DNA of 64,000 nt, taken from NCBI GenBank assembly GCA_001643675.2, contig LSRY02000014.1, positions 868,001-932,000 on the forward strand, given 5' to 3'. The position numbers and the translations under genes are program-made. Of the stretch, positions 45,701 to 57,520 are shown piece by piece. This DNA comes from Monocercomonoides exilis PA203 (lineage: Eukaryota > Protista > Preaxostyla). The first letter of the stretch is position 1, and each line of letters begins with the position of its first letter. The notes under the pieces are model-generated. The model did no database searches and was not told where the DNA came from. It saw only the letters and a program-made list of their open reading frames with translations.

Positions 45701-47865
45701 CTGGTGGTAGCAGCTCCAGTGGAAGCAACGACGGAACCAGTGCTGGAGCTGTTGGGAGCGGAACATCTGCCATTCTCCGCGGAGCCCATGCAGATGAGGC
45801 GCTGGCAACACGGAGCACGCTGGATGAAGTAACAGCACGACGGAATGAGTTGGAAGTGCAGCTGAGATCGCTTATCAACAAAGCAGAATTTGAATTCCAG
45901 GTTGTCAGATTGGAATCAGAAAAAGAGCAGAGACTTCTGCAAGAAAAGTGCAAGATGGAAGAAGAAGAACGCGAGAAAGAAATTGTTGCAGCACGTGAAG
46001 AGCTTCAAGTCACTCGTTTGCAGACAGAAGAAAATGTTTCTCAGATCTCTCGAAACGAGAAAGAAACATTTGAGAAGCACAGAGCAGCCCAGAACGAGCG
46101 GATAGCTGTGAAAGTGTCGCATGTTGGCAGGCTGCGGAGAGAGAAAGACGAAGAAGACACAATCTGGCGGAGCCATTACGAGGCGATGCAGCTACAGCAG
46201 GAAGATACAATGCGCGATGAAAAAGCACGACTGGAGCTGCAGTTGTCCGAAAGCACAGCACGCGCACAGGCGCTGCTGAAGAAGCTGGCGGAAGAGAGGA
46301 GAAAAGAGAAAGAGATGCACAAACAGAACATCGACGATTCAGAGGCACAGCTGAGCGGATGCAGAGAGTTCTATGAGAAGCAGATCAGTGCTGTCTGTGC
46401 TGAGCAAGCAGATTTAGTGGCAGAAACGTCGAATGCGAGAAAAGCGTGCGAGACAATCGACAAAGATGCCGAGGAGTTTGAGAAGAAGCGTCTGCAGGAA
46501 ATGGACCGAGTGGTTGAGAAGCAGCGAGAGATTGAGCAGCGACTGATGGAGAAAGAGCAGCTGCGGACGCAGATTGCGAAACAGGATGTTGTGATCAGAG
46601 AGAGAGAGGATGTTGTGCATGGACTGAAGAAGGAGAATCAGGATTTGGAGAAGCACAAGTATGTGAAGGACTATCGCATCAAGGAGCTCAAATTGAACAT
46701 GAAGCCACGCGAAGAGCGGATCAAGACGATGAAGGACGATATTTCAGCGCTGGACACTGAATTGGACCTCGCCAACAAGCAGACGCAGACGATGGAGGCA
46801 GAGCTGGCCTCGTTGAAGGAACAGATCGTGGTGCTGCACAGGGAGATCAAAAAAGTGACTGATGCATCTGTCTTGTCAGAGACGAAAGGGCGCTCTTTGG
46901 AAGAAGCAATCGCGCAGGTTGAGCCGTTTGTGCAGGATCCTGTCCAGCTGCGTGCTGGAATGTATGCCCTTGCACGCAACACGGGTGCAGCATCAAAGAG
47001 AAGTGGCCTCGACAAGAACATCAGCACAGAATATGAGAGACAGCAGGCACATCTTGTGGAGACCCAGGCGTCGCTCCAGAAGCAGCTGGCGGAGGAGACG
47101 AGGAAACACGAAGCCAACAAGCTGAAGCTGATGCAGGAGAACACGAAGCTGATTGAAGAATGCCGCAATCTGAGGCGAAAGCTGAAGAACAAATCGAAAG
47201 AGCTGCGTTCTGTGCGAGATGAGAAGGACACGCCGTCCATCCACTTCAGCAAGCGAGTGGCTCCTTCGGGTGTGCCACCACGTGTTGCTGCACAACTGCG
47301 CCAGCAACAAGAAGAGATCGACAGACTCCGAAGAAGACTGGCCGAGCTTCGAGAGCCTGCCACATCCTTGTTTTCCATCGGAGGATACACCAGCTCCCCA
47401 GGCAGTGTGCCTGGCACTGCTCCTGTTCTGGGTGGTGGCCTTTCTGGCTCGTCTGCTGGTGCAAAACGTGGGTCTGGAAAAGGATCGCCGTCTCCTTATG
47501 GCTCGAAGGCTGCTGAAGTGCTTCCAGAAATGGAAGGATTTGGAGCTTCTTCTTCCTCCTCCTCCTCTTCCTCTTCCTCCTCGGCGGTTCTGGGAATGAG
47601 TTCAGGGGCTGGCTCTACATCACTTCTAACCACACCAACAAAGAGAGAAGATTCGACTGGACCATTCTATTCTTCTCCATCTATCAACACATCTTCCAAT
47701 TCCGTTTCTCCTCCATCTCCACCTTCGTCTTCGTTTTCTTCATCTTTCTCAGCAGACGGTACTGACGACACAATCGTTGGTGGAAGCAGTAAAAGCTATT
47801 CTCTTGAAAATAGCTCTCGCAACATCGATTCGGTGGATGGACTGAACGATAGCGAATCTGTTTGA
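42710..47865 (+). CDS. CFAP57: Cilia- and flagella-associated protein 57 (WD40 repeats + coiled coil)
   Basis: WD40 segments (TAGEDRSLRVFD, AAGFADKLRL, VCFSHGGHLLA, MCWSPDD); LEKHKYVKDYRIKELK..PREE; EYERQQAHL; KLMQENTKLIEE..LRRKLK. Confidence 0.88.
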
Positions 47866-48171
47866 TTTCAACCGAAAATTCACTTCTTGTTTAAAACTTT
47901 TTCTCTTGCTTTTATCTCTCCTTTTTTTAATGTTATTAATGATTTTGTTATTGTTGTACCTTTATGGCAAAATAATTGTTATTTTATTCCTTCACTTCAC
48001 AGAGAAATATCACTACTTTTATTTACATTAAACTGAAAAATAAATACAGAAAATTATTTTCATTGTTCTATTTAATGCACTCATGAACGGAAATTAAATC
48101 CAATAAAAAATTAGTCATCATTTTGAACATTAACTATAACTTTCCTTTAACATTTTGCACAAAAAAAAAAA

Positions 48172-48209
<38 letters not shown>

Positions 48210-48210
48210 A

Positions 48211-48570
48211 CAGATATCGTATAAAGTACCGGACAAGATCGATTTCACAACAACTGCAAGTGGAATAATTCTGACAATTTTCCTCAAAATACATCTCATC
48301 AATACAAATTCATATGAAATAATAAATTTTTGAAACTTCATCGTTTATGCTCTGAAAAAAATTATTATTTAAATCTCGGAGATACTCAAAATCATATTTC
48401 TCCATAATTTCAATTATAATTTTTTTCTGAGCATAAACGAGGAAGTTATGAAAGTCTTGTGTTTCAAATGAGTTTGTATTGATGAGATATATTTTGAGGA
48501 AAATTGTCAGAATGATTACTCTTGCAGTTATTGTGAAATCGATCTTGTCCGGTATTGCATACGATATCTG
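48211..48570. mobile_element. Family E palindromic MITE with mirrored (GA)n/(TC)n flanks
   Basis: cagatatcgtataaagtaccggacaagatcgatttc ... gatcttgtccggtattgcatacgatatctg. Confidence 0.85.
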
Positions 48571-48774
48571 TTCTTCTCACTCTCACACTCTCTCTCTTTT
48601 TATTTTTTTTTTATCATTTCATGCCTCTTATGATTATTTGATATGGATCCTCAGTAAAAAGATACTTCAATTCGAAAATTAATTAATAAAAATCCAACTG
48701 AAAAAGACGTTCAAGTTGAAACATTTTCGTGACAATTTTTCATTCATATAAATAAAAACATTTTTTTGCATATA

Positions 48775-49030
48775 TGTGTGATTGTTTTAGAAATCTATTT
48801 TTTTCTAAGTAAAATTTTGGTTTAAAACTTTGGTTAGGAGTTTTTGTCAATGAACATAGAAAAGAAATAACTCCAATCAAAGACATCTCTGTCTTTCTTT
48901 TTCATCAAACGATGTCTTTTGATGCAAATGAATGAATAAATCATTCAACAATTAAGTTTAATCAAATTCATAATTTTTTCTTAATTTTCCACACCCCGAA
49001 AAAAATTTTAATTTCAAAAATGATCACCCA
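48775..49030. mobile_element. MITE family A copy (256 bp)
   Basis: tgtgtgattgttttagaaatc ... caccccgaaa..tttcaaaaatgatcaccca; flanks ta/ta. Confidence 0.7.
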
Positions 49031-49032
49031 TA

Positions 49033-49273
49033 TGGCTAATTTTTTTTTTAAACATCCTTTTGTTATATTTTCAAATAAAATAAAAATTTCATATTTTCAT
49101 CAATTTTCTGTTCCCACTCACGTAACTTTTTTCAAAGAGAAAAAATAACATTGTTCAGGTTCTGTTTCCTTTCCAGTGCAGTTTTATTAAAGGGAACAGA
49201 AATATGATGATGATATGAAAATTTTGTTTTATTTTAAATTAAACAAAATGAAGTTTTCAAAAAATATTAGCCA
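49033..49273. mobile_element. MITE family B copy (241 bp)
   Basis: tggctaat ... attagcca; inner arms match 14228-14469; flanks ta/tg. Confidence 0.7.
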
Positions 49274-50126
49274 TGTTGTTCATTCACACACAAGAAAAAC
49301 AGTGACTATTTCTTCATAAACACTTTTCACGAAAATGGCAAGTTTTTTTTTGGAACACAAAAATTAAAGTGATATGTGAAGTTTTTTGCTTATTAATAAT
49401 AACAAAGATAAATTGCATTGGAATGCCAAATAAAGTGAAAGTGTAACAAAAGTCAATAATAAAGATGAAATGAAACAAAGGTTTCATTTAACAGTGTTAT
49501 CACTTTTCAGTGTTCACAAAATATGACTCATATTTATGTTCAAAAGCAAAATATTTGTAAGAAAACATTTGAGTTCAAATATAATCACACATAATTAAAC
49601 GTTTATCAGAAACTGTTTATTTGACAATCTGCCTTGGCATTATTTGAAAATTATTGCTTAATTTTATTAATTAAATACTTTCATAGAAATATTGTTTTCT
49701 GTTTGATTGTTTTATTCAAAAATATACAAACAAAAGAATAGATGATTGACGAATAAAAAAGCAATAAAAACACAAATATGTGACTCGAAACAGAAAAAAC
49801 AAAGTTATAGGTTATATTCGAACAAGGAAGAGACCATTCTCATTCAAATTGAAAAATTAATCACATTAAAAGTTTTTCTATATGTTTTGTGCAAGCAAAA
49901 AAAAATGTTGATAAAATTATTTTTTTTCGAAAATTCTCTTGGTTTTGTTTTCACTTTATATTATATTTTGACATTTTGAAAAATGAAAAGTTCCTGTTCA
50001 CATAATTCACAAAAATGAAAATTGAAATTTGATTATGCCATAATAAACATTCTAGTGAAGTTTCATAAGTGAAAACCCAAATTTGAGTAAAACATGAAAT
50101 TGGGAGATTATTTTTGTTGTCAAATA

Positions 50127-50911
50127 CACCAATAATAATTCAAAATCGAAAATTAATAATTCAATTTCATAATTTATTAATTCGATTTCGAAAAAGAATA
50201 ATTCAATTTCGAAATTAAAAATATTTTGATTTGTGGAATGAATAAATTGTGTTTTGGGTTTTAACTTCTCTTTATTTTTATTTCATCAGTTCACTTTGCT
50301 TATCTATATTTGAAAAATGATGCATTTTCAATTAAAAAATTCATTTATTTTGAATTCATATTTCTTTTATAGAAGTTTTTCAAAAAAAAAAAATGAATTC
50401 ATTTTTGTATTAAAAATAGATGTTTTTCTATTTTTACTCCAAAGAAACAGAAAAAATATAATTGAGAAAAAAATTCTTGTTTTTTGTTATTCAATAAATT
50501 GTGATTGATTATTTGCAATTTTTAATTGGTTATTCAATAGAATGAATTTTTAAAAATATTTTTTTATTTTGAGTGATGATTTTCGAAAATGAAAAAAAAA
50601 TTTAAAAAATTGATTTGTTGATTGTTTCATTTTTAAAAAAACAGTTTTCTTAGAATAATAATATTTGATTGGTTAAAAAATAATTTGAAATTTTCTGAAA
50701 TCCATTCTCGAGAAAAATTAAAATTCTCAGTTATAGATGAATTTCGAAATTGAAATAATCATTTTCGAAATTGAATTATTCTTTTTCGATTTTGAATTAT
50801 TAATTTTCGATTTTGAATTATTAATTCCGAAATCGAATTATTTTTTTTCTAATTCGAATTATTAATTCCGAATTTGAATTATTTTTTTTCGAATTTGATT
50901 TATTTTTGGTG
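50127..50911. mobile_element. CACCA...TGGTG element with subterminal ~21-bp tandem repeats
   Basis: ta|caccaataataattcaaaatcgaaa.. and ..ttcgattttgaattatt.. arrays in inverted orientation, ending ttttggtg. Confidence 0.65.
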
Positions 50912-50913
50912 CA

Positions 50914-52169
50914 GGGTGCATATTTTATCTTTACCTCAAATTTTTATCTCAACCCTTTTTTTTGAAACTTTCTGAAGCTTTTTTCGAGCTTAGCAAAAGT
51001 TTGAAACAATTAATAAATAAATAAATAGTTTTATCATAATGATTTACAACTTTCTGTTTTTTAATTTTTTGAAAATTTTTTGTACAAATAAATTGTTGTT
51101 ATTTTTTTTATTTTAGTACCCAGATCAAAGATTTGCTGGTAATGAAAGCGAATATTTTGAACAAAACGTTTTAAGCCACAACATCGTAATTCCACATTCA
51201 TATATTTTTATTTTATATTGTTTTTAACTTTTTCAATATAATTTTTGACCTTTTTTTCTCATTTCACTGTTTTTGCATAAAACACGATTTTAAATATAAA
51301 CTAGTGTTTGTGTCAAATTTTATTCAAATGAAAAAAATATGCAAGATCTTATTTATTGTTTATTTGTATTAAGCATTGAAATGAAAAGGAACTTTTCAAG
51401 AATTTTAACTGAAAAGCAAGAATATATGATTTTTTTGTAATTCAAATTACCAAATATTCACAAACAAATAATTATTTAAACATACAGGAATCGTTTTATT
51501 TTTATAATTTTTATTTGTCATTTCAATAAATTTCAAAACAAATTCATATGTGTCCTAAAAAAAAGTGTTTTTTGAAAAAATGTGTGAAATGAGAAAAAAT
51601 GTTAAAAAAACAAGTTGAGAAAGTTTAAAAAAACTAAAACATGTCTAAATTTTTTTGAAAAGTTCTTTTTGTTTAATTTTCTAATAGAATAAAAATTTCT
51701 TATTTCGATCAAATTTCTGTTCCTACTCACGAAACTTCACAAAAATGGAAATAATACCAATGAAAAGATTTTATTTTCTTGAGAGGAAAATTTGGGGAGT
51801 GGGAACAGAAATTTAATCGAAATATGAAATTTTAATTTTTTTTGTAAATTAAACAAAAGGAACTTTTCAAAAAAATTTTGACACATATGAAAAAGTAACG
51901 ATGTATTATGATATGAAAGCTTAAAACTTCTGATAAAAAATACTCGCTGGAAAAGCAGCAAGCCAATGATCAACACATAAAATTATTATAATCCCCGATC
52001 ATTTTGGAAAACATGAAATATTGAAAAAAAAATACTAAATAAGGAAATTAAAACATTTCAAACATTTCTGGTTATTTTATATTTTAAACAGGTTTGTGCA
52101 TAGCTGCTGACAAGGCAAAAAAGAAAAGGGTCGTGATAAAGAAAAAAGGTCAAGATAAAATCATAACCC
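50914..52169. mobile_element. Non-autonomous TIR element (GGGT...ACCC) with nested insertions
   Basis: gggtgcatattttatctttacct vs reverse complement of aggtcaagataaaatcataaccc; a second inner inverted motif. Confidence 0.55.
51642..51883. mobile_element. MITE family B copy (242 bp)
   Basis: tgtctaaattttttt ... aaaaaattttgaca; inner arms tttctgttcc / ggaacagaaa; flanks ca/ca. Confidence 0.75.
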
Positions 52170-53579
52170 TATTTCAAAAAAAATAATTTTTGTTCATATT
52201 TTTGCTTTGAATATCTGTAAATAAACATTGAAAAAATATAGAACAATTTTATTATTCCTCATCTATTATTTTCAATCCACCTTAACTTTTGTGATAATGG
52301 TCATGTTCAACGTTTGGAAGAAAAATCTTAGGCTAATGATGAAAAACCTTTGGATATAAAATTTCGTACAAAAATATATGATTCCAAAAATAATTTTCCA
52401 ATTTTTTTAAAAAATAGAAAATTTAACAAAAGGTATTCTACAAAAAAATGTGTCTGATAACTTTGATTTTTTCATAGTAAAAAAATTGAGAACTCATTAT
52501 TTATCTTTTTTTGGAAATTTTTTTTCTCTTGGATTGTTTTTCTTATGATTGTAGTTAAAAAAAAAGTTCATTCAACAATTTTTTTTTACAACACAAAGAC
52601 TAATAAAAAATACTTGATAAATGATTATATAACTCAATTGTCTCGTCAAAAATCACATTGCAGTCGTATTGGATATTCAAAGATTTTTGTAACCGAAAAA
52701 AATTGAATTGGATAAATTGAAACTTGGTTGCAGTTTATTCAATTTTACTTAAAACCTTCATGAATCCGAATTATAATGGATGAAATGCGAATAAACAATT
52801 TTTATTCGAATGATCTGACTTTATTCGAATAAACCCCCTTTTAATTGAATGAGAGGCAGTTTATTCAAATAAACGTCTGCTTTCTCGAATCAACCATGAA
52901 AGATTCGAATAAAAAGTTAATAGATATTGTTATGGAAAATTTGTTCATGTTTTCAATGTTTTTAATGCGTTATTCACAATTAATAAAAAATTTAAAACAA
53001 GTGATCAAACATTTTTTTCGTGAAAATCAAAGAAAAACTTTTTTATGATGATATTTAATGAAAATTTTCATGATTCATAAATTTATTTTAATTATCTTTC
53101 ACATATTTAAGAGGTTTTTTGTGGAATTATCATTTTTGACAACTTTGATCATAACATAAATTGGAAATATTTCATGAAAATAAAGATTTCTTCTTCTTTT
53201 CACATTGGAATGATTATTTCATGTTGAAAAGGTTATTCGCCAAACTGATTGATAATGTATATTAATACGTCCTTCTTTATTTTGCACTCATCTTGTTTCA
53301 CAATCTCTATTTTTTGATTATGATTTTTTGAAATTATTATCCACAATTTTTCGATTAGGACAGTTATTTAACAAAAAAGCCGTTAACATTTAAGCATGCT
53401 CATCCAACTGCTGTTGAGCGAGCAATATTATTTGTTCCTTATTTGAACGTTAGCACGAAAATAAAAATCCAAAAGAATATGCAAAAATTACGCATTCCTT
53501 AAACATCATTTGCGATTCAACGTAAAGAATAGTTTGAAAACTTCTTTTTTTGAAAATATGGACATGTTTATTGTTTATT

Positions 53580-54200
53580 TGCTTTGATTCATTTTTTTCA
53601 CATTACGAAAATATCCTTCATATTCTTTCAACATTGCTTTTGTTATTTATCCACTCACAATCATATGTTATTTTTTTGTCGACTTCATATTCTGATATGC
53701 CCAGTTACTCATACATGTTTCTGTGAAGCTCACCACCGGGTCAGTACAAAGATGTAATATTTTACCTATTATTTGCTGCTCAAATTATTTAACCAAATAA
53801 CTTCCTTTTATTTGATGCTTCTTCTTCTCATCCAAAAATTATTTCATTCACAACAATTTCAACCGCACTCTCTTGCTTGCTCCCAACAATCTCCAACTTC
53901 TTCACTGCTTGCACACATTTATAAGAGTTTATCCAAAGACTGAAATTGAGAAATGGGAATTGGGTGAGCTGTTGGTGCTGCTTGAGGCTTCTTCAATGGA
54001 GTAGTTGGATTGTCTGCACGAATAAATGTGAATGGCATGGAATGCACTTGCAGATGCTGCATGCAACAGAAACATCGAACACATGAAATCGGTGTTTGTC
54101 AACTCAAATTGCGTTTAAATAAGATTTTCAACTTCCACAACAGAAAAGGTATTTGCACCAAGCTCAGCGACACTTGCATGTGAGTCGAAAGCACTCTAGT
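53580..54200 (-). pseudogene. Possible rve/integrase-type DDE transposase remnant
   Basis: In order across frameshifts: ACSICK, PFTFIRAD, LINVC..K.ESAV, CTD.GGEL..LGI, SNVERI; heavily decayed. Confidence 0.35.
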
Positions 54201-55500
54201 CCAGGCCAATGAACTCTGCTTGCTGAGGATGATCGCGCTGACTTCGTTGCTGAACCCATCAGAATCTTGGAGGGAGATCTCTGAAAGAGAGAGACTCCAA
54301 CTGTTCAGGAGGAATGAATTGGATCTCTGACTGTCTTTCTGGAACAGCAGCACTGACTACGTTGCTTCGTAGTGGGTATTAACTGGAATATGAAATTCGG
54401 CAAGTCTTCTGGACAAGTGAGGTGTGTTGGGCAGCTGAAGCAGAACGTTTTGTGCGCAGCCGAGGCGTCCATGTGCTCGAAGCCAACCACAAAGGATCGG
54501 AAGTGTTCGATCGGAGATACACACCGAGCAATGTCGAATCCCGCATCGGACAGGTATATCTCGCTGGATGAGTACGGAATAAGGAAGCGGAACAGGTCAG
54601 CAACTCCAAATGTTTGGTCGCTCCCCACAAACTCATGCGGATCATTGAAAAACAGTTCGTATGGGAAGTTGAAGATGGCTGGGGTGACATTCGCACTAAT
54701 ATTGAAGCAGTCCACATAAATATTTCTGTCTTTGGCTGAATCGTTGAAAACAAAAGTGACAGCCTCTAAAAGGGATGTTGCTTTGCTGCATCTGTGTCTG
54801 CACTTTTCACATAATGCGCATTTCTTTTTCCTGTTTTCTTGCTGCTCTATCCGTTGTTGAACTCGCACCTAGCAGCATTCAGATGGAGGTTTCTCAAAAG
54901 TATCACTTCTATCAGCCCACTTTCATCGCATTACAAGGCATGGCTCTCTTGAATTGCAGTTGTGTTCATCGCCACAGATCTGCTGATGCGCAGGAGAGAT
55001 TAAGAGTGAGTAATAGCATAGACACGCACTCTTCCAACTGTATGCTGCATCCTTCAGCACAAACAAATAAACATTCAGTCTGAGAACCAACTGGAGCAAA
55101 CAAGCAGTTGCTGAACAGAAGTCGATCATGAGGTGTGGAGGAAGACATTAACTCGGAGTTATGAAGAAAGGCTCCTCCAGCAATAGAAAAATCGAGGCGG
55201 TTGAAACTGAGCTTGCCTGTGCTGAGAACAACACAACTGCAGGTGCTGTTGAGAATGGCTGATGCAAATGTGATTGTTGCCTTTTCAGTTCTGCTGGAGG
55301 CGACTGTGCTGGATATCAGGTCAAACTCTTTTTGAGTGAGTTCAGATGCCTTGATGAACAGCACCTTGCCTGCTGAATCTGAATTAATGTTCAGCATGCA
55401 TCACCAGAACGATGTACACAGATATATGTCTGAACCGCACCCCAGGATATCGAAGCCGTTGGGAGGAATACAGGAGCTGGAGAACACGTCATTTTACATT
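54200..55500 (-). pseudogene. Fragment of a repetitive Cys-module surface-protein gene
   Basis: GC-richer than the flanks; two related modules NGFDILGCGSDIYLCTSF and AGFDIARCVSPIEHFRSF; stops and frameshifts; no start or signal peptide. Confidence 0.55.
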
Positions 55501-56259
55501 CCATTTGCAGCTGAATAGCATAAGAAAAAATGAGAAAAAACTCATTTGGTTGCATTTATCAGAGTTTTCCCAGCTATTCTTCAGAATTTAACACCTCCGT
55601 TTTAATGACACTTATCGAATTTTCATTTTTCATTAAAGAATTATTTCTTTTCTCGATAAGTTCATTTGAACTTATGTTCACAAACGTGCTTTTGAACACA
55701 TATTAAAGTCAGTTGTTCGTCGTATGTTTCGTTTTAATAATAGGAAATATTTCTTTCAGGAAAACTGTTCTTAAATATTTCAGCAATTTAAAAAAGGAGC
55801 TAACATATTTTTATTATCCGATTTTTCTAATTTTTTAAGTGAATTCGCAAAATGAAACGTGAAATGAATGAAAATTGTTATTTAAATATTCAATTCACAT
55901 TTTAAAACATCTTTGAAACATCAAAATGTTTAGTGTTATTTCGCTTTTTGATCGAAAAATCCCATAATAAAAAATAACTCAAATAAAGGGCTCAGTTCTC
56001 AAATAAACATGGTTTATTCGAATAAACTGCCTGTATTTGAAATAAAGGCTATTTATTCGAATAAACTATCTTTATTCAAATTAAAATGTCTTATTCGAAT
56101 TTCATCCAATATATGTTCAATTTGAAAATAAATTATCGAATAAAAAATAACACTACATTTTTAGAGAATTTCGATAAAGAAAATATTCAAATTTTGTAAT
56201 TCAAAAACTACTTTAAATTTGTTATTTTTTCTCAAAAAAAAAAAAAAAATCACTAACGT

Positions 56260-57520
56260 TTAATGAAAGGAGTTATCCCCACAAAAGCAATCACAAAAAA
56301 TTGTCCTGCTAAAATCTTGAAGCAAGCTAAGGAACCCTTTCCACCATGATATATCATCGATTCTAAGTAAAAAATATTTCTTTTTTTCCATTTTTTCTTC
56401 TTCGCTATAGTCTTGAAAAAAGTACATTATGGATTTGTATAATTCCGAAAACTTTTCCTTTAATTCTGAAGACTTCTTGATATATAAATTTGAAAACTTC
56501 TTCCCTAAATTAGCCATTACATTTACGAGACCATTAATTCCCTGAACTAAGCTACTCTCTTGATCATTGGATTTAGTAAAGCTAACACTGGGTTCTCTTT
56601 TTCGTGTTGATGATAGCGTGAACTGGATAATGATATCCTTACTTGTTTTCTTGCCGAATTTATTGGACTGAAAAATGGTAGATCCCATTTGATGAATAAA
56701 CGAATAAGACATAACACTATTTTCGAATTAAACAATACAACATAACAAATAATAATAAAAAACAAACTCTGATGAAGATTTGTTCTTATATATTATAGTC
56801 AGACAATCTAGATATGATGAAAGTACACTTAGGGCACAATTGAACGATTTTGTATCCGAAGAACACAAAGTAAATCCTAAATAAGATAAAAAAAATAAAG
56901 GCAAAACTAATTTTCATCACAACAATCATCAAACCATTTATAGAAACTCTTTCTAAATCAATGTTATAAATATATTCAAGGGGGGATTTTGAATTTGCTT
57001 CAATAGGTTCCAAAGATTTTATCAGAAGATCCTCTTTTATAAGTCTATGCGAAGAAATAATAGTAGAGGATGATTTTAAATAGCAACAAATAGATGAGTA
57101 ATCATCAGATTTTATGAGCTCCCCTTTAGTGGTTTTTAATTGTTCATTAAGATCTGCTATATCTTTTCTTATTTTTGAAATCTCTTTGTCTGCTTCTTTT
57201 AATTCATTAATCTTATCCTCCAAAATAGTTTTTAGGCGTTCTTCATCATTATAAAAATAATTAAAAAATATATTTTCATGTCTTGTTTGCAATTGTTTGT
57301 CTTGAAGCATTTTTTTCTCATTTTGTAAGCTTAGAAAGCAATCACGGCATAAAGGAGTTTTATCATCAGGAGGAGGTGATTTATCCACAGTTGAACAAGT
57401 AACGAAATGTGACCCTTGTTCAGTTTTTGTTGTTATGCTCCAAACTGTGTTATAACACTGGCAACAAAACAGCTGAGCTGCATGCATGAATCCATAAAAA
57501 TTTATGGTTAAAACTGCCAT
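56260..57520 (-). CDS. Divergent Beclin-1/Atg6/Vps30, 3 exons
   Basis: FCCQC, PLCRDC, coiled coil; introns 56934-56877 and 56767-56717 give SINGFTL..KSFNCALSVLSSYL..YSFIHQMGST..LVQGINGLV..SWWKGFLSLLQDF, colinear with the Beclin BARA domain. Confidence 0.65.

Larger units (their letters stand above)
52777..56108. mobile_element. 3.3-kb TGG...CCA element with ~110-bp imperfect TIRs built from ttattcgaataaa motifs
   Basis: Left tggatgaaatgcgaataa..aggcagtttattcaaataaac; reverse complement of right end tggatgaaattcgaataa..aggcagtttattcgaataaac. Confidence 0.75.
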
